Part shown: piece by piece, positions 59,044-64,000 of the stretch | How the letters are laid out: every line of letters starts with the position of its first letter | Position numbering within the stretch: the stretch's first letter is position 1 | Assembly: GCA_963931065.1 (NCBI GenBank) | Contig: OZ006970.1 | Span: 934,903-998,902 of the forward strand | Reading direction: 5' to 3' | DNA: 64,000 bases | Source of the DNA: an uncultured Bacilli bacterium | Lineage (GTDB): Bacteria; Bacillota_I; Bacilli_A; RF39; UBA660 | Made by a program: the position numbers and the translations under genes | The notes under the pieces: model-generated | The model's input: only the letters and a program-made list of their open reading frames with translations | What the model was told of the DNA's origin: nothing | Database searches by the model: none

Positions 59044-59832
59044 ATGAAAGTATATTTAGATCTAATATTCTTTATTAATTTCATGTTTGATTTACTCCTT
59101 TTAATGACAGTTAGTATAGAGTGTAAAGTCTTTTCTAAAAAAAGAAGATTAATAATATCTTCATTTCTAGGAAGTCTTAGTACCTTTCTTTTGTTCCTAC
59201 CCTTAAATAATATTTCTTTATTTCTTTTTAAAGTAATAATAAGTATTATTATGATTTTAGTTGCTTTTAAAATAAATTCTAAAGAACTGTTTTTTACTCT
59301 TATAAAGAGTCTATATGGCAATAGTATTATTTTAGGAGGACTAATTTATTTTTTAAATAATCAGTTTAGTTATAAACAAAAAGGTTTTATCTTTATTCAT
59401 GATGGAACTAGTATAAACTTAATAATTATTTTACTTAGTAGTCCTATAATCTTTTACTTATATCATAAAATGTTAAATAAAGAGAAAAAGAAAAGAGAAC
59501 TATTGCATAAAGTATTTATCAAATGTAAAAAAGGAACATTTTCTACTTTAGGATTTCTAGATACAGGTAATAATATTAAAGATCCTTATAAGAAAAGAGG
59601 AGTTATTATTATTAATTCAAATAAAATAAATCTTAATTTAGAAGAATCTATATTAGTACCATTTAAAACAGTAGAAAAAACTGGTTTACTTAAATGTATA
59701 GAAATAGAGGAATTAATAATTGATGATAATTTAATTAAAAAGAGATATCTATTAGGTATTAGTCCTGAAAAAATAGAAATTAAAGGTGCTAGTTGTATTT
59801 TACCTAATATAATAGAGGAGGAATTAAAATGA
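59044..59832 (+). CDS. spoIIGA: Sigma-E processing peptidase SpoIIGA
   Basis: N-terminal 5-TM domain and C-terminal aspartic protease-like 'GFLDTGN'; immediately upstream of sigE. Confidence 0.8.
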   Translation: MKVYLDLIFFINFMFDLLLLMTVSIECKVFSKKRRLIISSFLGSLSTFLLFLPLNNISLFLFKVIISIIMILVAFKINSKELFFTLIKSLYGNSIILGGLIYFLNNQFSYKQKGFIFIHDGTSINLIIILLSSPIIFYLYHKMLNKEKKKRELLHKVFIKCKKGTFSTLGFLDTGNNIKDPYKKRGVIIINSNKINLNLEESILVPFKTVEKTGLLKCIEIEELIIDDNLIKKRYLLGISPEKIEIKGASCILPNIIEEELK

Positions 59833-60521
59833 TTAGTTTACTTTACTTAGTAGCATTTTTACTTGATAAGTCTTATGAAATATTTTATGTAGGTAGTAGT
59901 GATATCTTACCGGAGCCATTATCTCGTGAAGATGAAGAAGCATATCTTGTTATGGCTCTTGATGGAGATATTCATGCAAGAGATGTTTTAATAGAACATA
60001 ATTTAAGATTAGTTGTTTTTCTTGCTAAGAAGTATGAAAATACTAAAGTAGATTTAGAAGATTTAGTTAGTATAGGTACAATTGGTCTTATAAAGGGAAT
60101 AAATACTTTTAAACCTGATAAAAATATTAAACTTGCAACATATGCATCAAGATGTATTGATAATGAGATTTTAATGTATTTAAGAAAGATTAAGAAATCT
60201 AAAACAGAAGTTAGTATTGATGCATCTTTAAGCTTTGATGCAGAAGGGAATGAACTACATCTTGAAGATATTTTAGGAACAGATGCTGATATAGTTACTA
60301 AAGGACTAGAAGAAAAGACTGATAAAAAATTAATGTTAGATGAAGTTATGAAATTAAACCCAAGAGATAGAGATATTATAATACTAAGATATGGACTTAT
60401 GGGACATAATGAACTTACTCAAAAAGAAGTAGCAGAGCTTTTAGGTATAAGTCAATCTTATATATCAAGAATAGAGAAAAAGGTTATTAGGAGGTTAAAG
60501 AATATAGTTAAATATTCATAA
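59829..60521 (+). CDS. sigE: Sporulation sigma factor SigE (pro-sigma-E)
   Basis: Pro-sequence followed by 'LPEPLSREDEEAYL', region 2 'NLRLVVFLAKKY...GTIGLIKGINTF' and region 4 HTH. Confidence 0.85.
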   Translation: MISLLYLVAFLLDKSYEIFYVGSSDILPEPLSREDEEAYLVMALDGDIHARDVLIEHNLRLVVFLAKKYENTKVDLEDLVSIGTIGLIKGINTFKPDKNIKLATYASRCIDNEILMYLRKIKKSKTEVSIDASLSFDAEGNELHLEDILGTDADIVTKGLEEKTDKKLMLDEVMKLNPRDRDIIILRYGLMGHNELTQKEVAELLGISQSYISRIEKKVIRRLKNIVKYS

Positions 60522-60797
60522 TATTATGAAAAGTGAAAAAGAAGAGTTAATGAAATTGAGATATTTATATAAATTAAAACAAAATAAAAACTTAGGACTT
60601 ATTAATAATGATATTGACTTTAAGAATAAATATTTTAAAGATTTAGAAGAATTTATCAGAAAATATATAGGGATTAAATAGAAATATTTAATTCTTTTTA
60701 ATATAATAGGAAACTTATACGAAAAAGTCGAAAAAATGTATTGACAAACATATTTTTTATAAGGTACACTTAAGTTACCGAAGGGAGGGTTCGTTCT

Positions 60798-61919
60798 ATG
60801 AAAATATATAAAGCTTATAAATATAGATTATATCCAACAGAAGAACAAAAGATATTAATACATAAAACCTTTGGATGTAGTCGTTTTGTATATAACCATT
60901 ATTTAGATTATGAGAAGAAAAACGGTGTAAAAAAAGCATATGATTTAATTAAAGATTTAAAAGAACTAGAAAAAGAATATGAATATCTTAAAGAAGTAGA
61001 TTCATGTGCTTTAAGATGTGCTGTATTTGATTTAGAAGATGCATTTAATAACTTCTATGCCAAAAGAAGTAACTACCCAAACTTTAAAAGTAAATTTGCA
61101 AGACAATCTTATAGAACTAACTGTATAAGAAGTACTTATAAAGGAAAAGAATATAGTAATATAGAGTTAAATCTATTAACAAGAAATATAAAATTACCTA
61201 AACTAGGAAAAGTAAAGATAAGAGGATATAGAAATAAAAAGACTATAGATGGAAGAATAATTAATGCCACTATTTCAAAAGAAACAACTAATAAATATTA
61301 TGTAAGTGTGTTAGTAGAAGAAGAACTATTAGTAGAAAAAGTAATACCTGCAAGTATTGTAGGAATAGATTTAGGTATAAAAGATTTAGTAATAACTAGT
61401 GATGGTATTAAATATGAAAATGATAAAATACTAATGAAATATGAAAAGAGATTAAAGAGATTACAAAGAAAATTATCAAGACAAGTTAAAGGAAGTAATA
61501 ATTATTTAAAGACAAAGGAGAAAATAGCAAGAGTACATACTAAAATAAAGAATTATAGAAAACATTATTTAAACAAGATTGCAAATGAAATAGTAGATGA
61601 ACATGATATAATAGTAACAGAAGACCTTAAAGTAAAAGATATGTTTAAAGGAAAAGTAAAAGCATTTAATAAAACTCTATCAGATGCAAGCTTTAGTAAA
61701 TTATGTTCTCTAATAGAATGGAAGAGCAAGTTGAAGGGAAAGTTTTATTATAAGATAAATACATATTATCCTAGTAGTCAGATATGCTCGTGTTGTGGTT
61801 ATAGGAATAGAAGTTTAAAAGATTTAAGTATAAGAGAATATGATTGTCCATGCTGTGGCTCACATAATGATAGAGATATAAATGCTAGTTTAAACATATT
61901 ATTTGGTGCGACTGGGTAG
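60798..61919 (+). CDS. tnpB: IS200/IS605-family TnpB (OrfB) RNA-guided endonuclease, solo (no tnpA), 3′ end interrupted by a group II intron
   Basis: 'MKIYKAYKYRLYPTEEQ' N-terminus, RuvC-like motifs, C-terminal zinc finger 'CSCCGY...CPCCG', 'DRDINASLNIL'. Confidence 0.85.
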   Translation: MKIYKAYKYRLYPTEEQKILIHKTFGCSRFVYNHYLDYEKKNGVKKAYDLIKDLKELEKEYEYLKEVDSCALRCAVFDLEDAFNNFYAKRSNYPNFKSKFARQSYRTNCIRSTYKGKEYSNIELNLLTRNIKLPKLGKVKIRGYRNKKTIDGRIINATISKETTNKYYVSVLVEEELLVEKVIPASIVGIDLGIKDLVITSDGIKYENDKILMKYEKRLKRLQRKLSRQVKGSNNYLKTKEKIARVHTKIKNYRKHYLNKIANEIVDEHDIIVTEDLKVKDMFKGKVKAFNKTLSDASFSKLCSLIEWKSKLKGKFYYKINTYYPSSQICSCCGYRNRSLKDLSIREYDCPCCGSHNDRDINASLNILFGATG

Positions 61920-63818
61920 GTCGTATAATTTAGCAGGTGGAAATCCTGCCTAGTAAGGTAAACCCACACCACTAGTAACGAGTCTTGGAGCGAAACTGGT
62001 AACAGTTAGTTTAAGCGTAGACAGTTAGGTACTAGGGTTAGTATTGAGCCTCGAAATATGTAAAATCAGAGTGCAGATGTAGTCGAATATGCAGAATGCA
62101 ATATTTAATATCGCGATATCGGGGATGTAGTATTAAAACTCTGCGGGGTCTAAGACCTAATCATGGTACACAATGATTATACGATGACCAGTGAGAACCT
62201 ATTTCTTCCTTTAAGTCCAAATGGCAATGAGTCTATGGTAAAGCAAGAGAGCGAAAGGTATGATATATACAAGTCCTAAAAAGACAAGATATATCAGAAG
62301 AGAAATAGGTAGTCAGATGAACTCATAGTACTGATGATACCATATCAATAAATATGGAGGAAGGAAGGGGTTCAATTAATATAGGTCTTGTTAGAAGAAA
62401 CATTATCGCTATACAAGGAGGGATTAAATAATGACAACTAAAATAGCAAGAATAAATCAGATAGCAAAAGAAAGACCTAAAGAGGTATTTACTTCTATTT
62501 ATCATTTAATAAACAAAGAACTACTAAGAGAATGCTTTGATGAATTAGATGGCAATAAAGCAACTGGGCTTGATAAAGTTACTAAAGATGAATATTTTCA
62601 TAATTTAGATGAAAACCTAGATAATTTAGTAGAAAAGCTAAAGAATAAAGCTTATAGACCAAGTCCAGCAAGAAGAGTAAATATACCTAAGGCAAATGGG
62701 AAACTAAGAAGTCTTGCAATTGCCAACTTTGAAGACAAGATAGTACAACTAGCAGTAAAGAAGCTTGTGGAAGCAATATACGAACCTAAGTTTACTAATA
62801 ATATGTTTGGTTTTAGACCAAATAGAGGTTGCCATGATGCTCTTAAATATCTAAACTATTGTATAGAAAAGCAACCTACAAACTATATACTAGATGCAGA
62901 TATTGAGGGTTTCTTTGATAACATTGACCATGATAAGTTAATGTTAGGTTTAGAAATGCATATTAAAGATAGAAATCTATTAAGATTAATTAAAAGGTTT
63001 CTGAAAGCAGGTATAATGGAAAACGGAACATATATAAAAGGAGAACTAGGTACACCACAAGGTTCAATATTAAGTCCAGTATTAGCCAATATCTATATGT
63101 ATTATGTACTTATGCTATGGTTTGAAAAAGAAATAAAACCTAAGTATAAAGGTTTTATTGAAATAATCAACTATGCAGATGACATGGTTGTATGTTTTCA
63201 AAATAAATCAACTGCCGAAGAAGTGTATAAACAAATGGAAGATAGGCTTAAAGAGTGTGGCTTAAAATTTGCAAAAGATAAAACTAGACTCATTGAATTT
63301 GGAAGATTTGCAAGTGAAAATAGGAAAAGAAAAGGTTTAGGTAAACCTGAAACATTTGACTTTCTAGGTTTTACTCACTACTGTAGTAAAAGCAGAGATA
63401 AGAAACACTTTAGAGTAAAACGTAAAACATCTAAGAAGAAGTATGCTAAGAAACTACAGGAGTACAATACTTGGGCTAAGAATAATAGAGGTAAAACATT
63501 AAAAGAAATAATGGAAACTACAAAAAGAAAACTACTAGGACATTATAATTACTTTGGTATAACCGATAATAGCCGGGCACTAGTGAAGTACACTTATGAG
63601 GTCATTAGGATTTTATTTAAATGGCTAAACAGAAGGAGTCAAAGGGAAAGTTATACATGGGAAGAATTCCGTCAGATGGTGAACACTTTCCAATTTCCTA
63701 AGCCTAAAATTAAGGTAAATATATATGCTATGTGATGAATTATATTACTAAAAGCCGTATGCGGAAAAGCCGCACGTACGGATTTGTGAGGGCTATATAG
63801 AGTAATCTATATTTCTAC
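61908..63818 (+). mobile_element. Bacterial group II intron (about 1.9 kb), En-less RT/maturase type
   Basis: 5′ GTGCGAC at 61908; domain IV ORF; domain V AAGCCGTATGCGGAAAAGCCGCACGTACGG at 63754–63787; domain VI-like hairpin ending ...TTCTAC about 63818. Confidence 0.7.
62431..63735 (+). CDS. Group II intron reverse transcriptase/maturase
   Basis: RT domains 0–7 ('ANGKLRSLAIANFEDKIVQ', 'ILDADIEGFFDNIDH', 'YADDMVV') and X/maturase domain; no HNH endonuclease domain. Confidence 0.9.
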   Translation: MTTKIARINQIAKERPKEVFTSIYHLINKELLRECFDELDGNKATGLDKVTKDEYFHNLDENLDNLVEKLKNKAYRPSPARRVNIPKANGKLRSLAIANFEDKIVQLAVKKLVEAIYEPKFTNNMFGFRPNRGCHDALKYLNYCIEKQPTNYILDADIEGFFDNIDHDKLMLGLEMHIKDRNLLRLIKRFLKAGIMENGTYIKGELGTPQGSILSPVLANIYMYYVLMLWFEKEIKPKYKGFIEIINYADDMVVCFQNKSTAEEVYKQMEDRLKECGLKFAKDKTRLIEFGRFASENRKRKGLGKPETFDFLGFTHYCSKSRDKKHFRVKRKTSKKKYAKKLQEYNTWAKNNRGKTLKEIMETTKRKLLGHYNYFGITDNSRALVKYTYEVIRILFKWLNRRSQRESYTWEEFRQMVNTFQFPKPKIKVNIYAM

Positions 63819-64000
63819 TCGATAAGGATTAAAGATACACTATAATTTGCAAAGCTTAGTTTAGATTATGTTTTAGATAAAATAACAATTAACTAATAAC
63901 AAATTAGTACGGTGGCGACCATCGGAATTTAAGCCTACGTGAGAATAAGGGTTACTTTATCTATGAAGTAGGAATCCTTGAAGGTAACGACAAGGTAAAA

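Noticed and set aside
60526-60681. 51-aa ORF (MKSEKEELMKLRYLYKLKQNK…) just after sigE
   Set aside because: There is no Shine-Dalgarno sequence, the composition is low-complexity Lys/Asn, and the ORF lies within the IS left-flank region. Kept only as a note.

Overview
The window is 64 kb of a very AT-rich chromosome from a spore-forming Firmicute (Clostridia or Erysipelotrichia type), an inference from the AT richness and the spoIIGA–sigE pair; GC content was not computed. Genes are densely packed and mostly on the + strand.

In order along the window:
- **1–13 kb, cell-surface polysaccharide locus.** It contains several GT2 glycosyltransferases, a GtrB-like polyprenyl-phosphate sugar transferase, candidate GT-C membrane transferases, a Wzy/ligase-like protein, rmlA, rmlC and rmlD (no rmlB), and an ABC exporter.
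- **13–23 kb, housekeeping and envelope genes.** These include ldh, an orphan type IV pilus/competence ATPase with two prepilins, YlbJ/YlbL-like sporulation genes, two DUF4143 ATPases and an LCP ligase.
- **23.9–28.8 kb, a cohesin–dockerin pair.** A secreted SH3b–hydrolase–dockerin protein sits next to a membrane-anchored cohesin plus cadherin-like beta-sandwich protein, followed by a phosphodiester glycosidase.
- **28.78 kb, tRNA-Leu(GAG), followed by a roughly 8 kb accessory and defence island.** The island holds decayed genes (a histidine phosphatase pseudogene and a YhcG fragment), an HExxH–HIT pair, an Abi_2 abortive-infection gene flanked by GTKGYCGAAAA tandem repeats, a UmuC/YolD pair, and a type III toxin–antitoxin-like locus.
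- **The type III toxin–antitoxin-like locus in detail.** Its layout is promoter, two 49-nt repeats, terminator, then a ToxN/AbiQ-like ORF. The repeat hairpins covary with a second, orphan two-repeat copy of the same element at 47.7 kb.
- **37–47 kb, mostly housekeeping.** This includes sodA, a CaCA antiporter, ftsK, two U32 peptidases, a Ham1-like gene, a dGTPase-like HD protein and a folD-like gene.
- **47.9–58.9 kb.** Genes here are dfx, an AraC/GyrI regulator, a HerA/FtsK-like ATPase with a Cys-rich partner, greA, a missed small Tyr/Pro-rich ORF, trmL, a missed rpmB (L28), dnaE, lspA and rluD.
- **59–64 kb.** spoIIGA and sigE are followed by a solo IS605-family tnpB. An intact group II intron (RT/maturase ORF, domain V present) appears to have inserted into the 3′ end of that tnpB, where its ωRNA is expected.

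No rRNA genes and no CRISPR arrays were seen.
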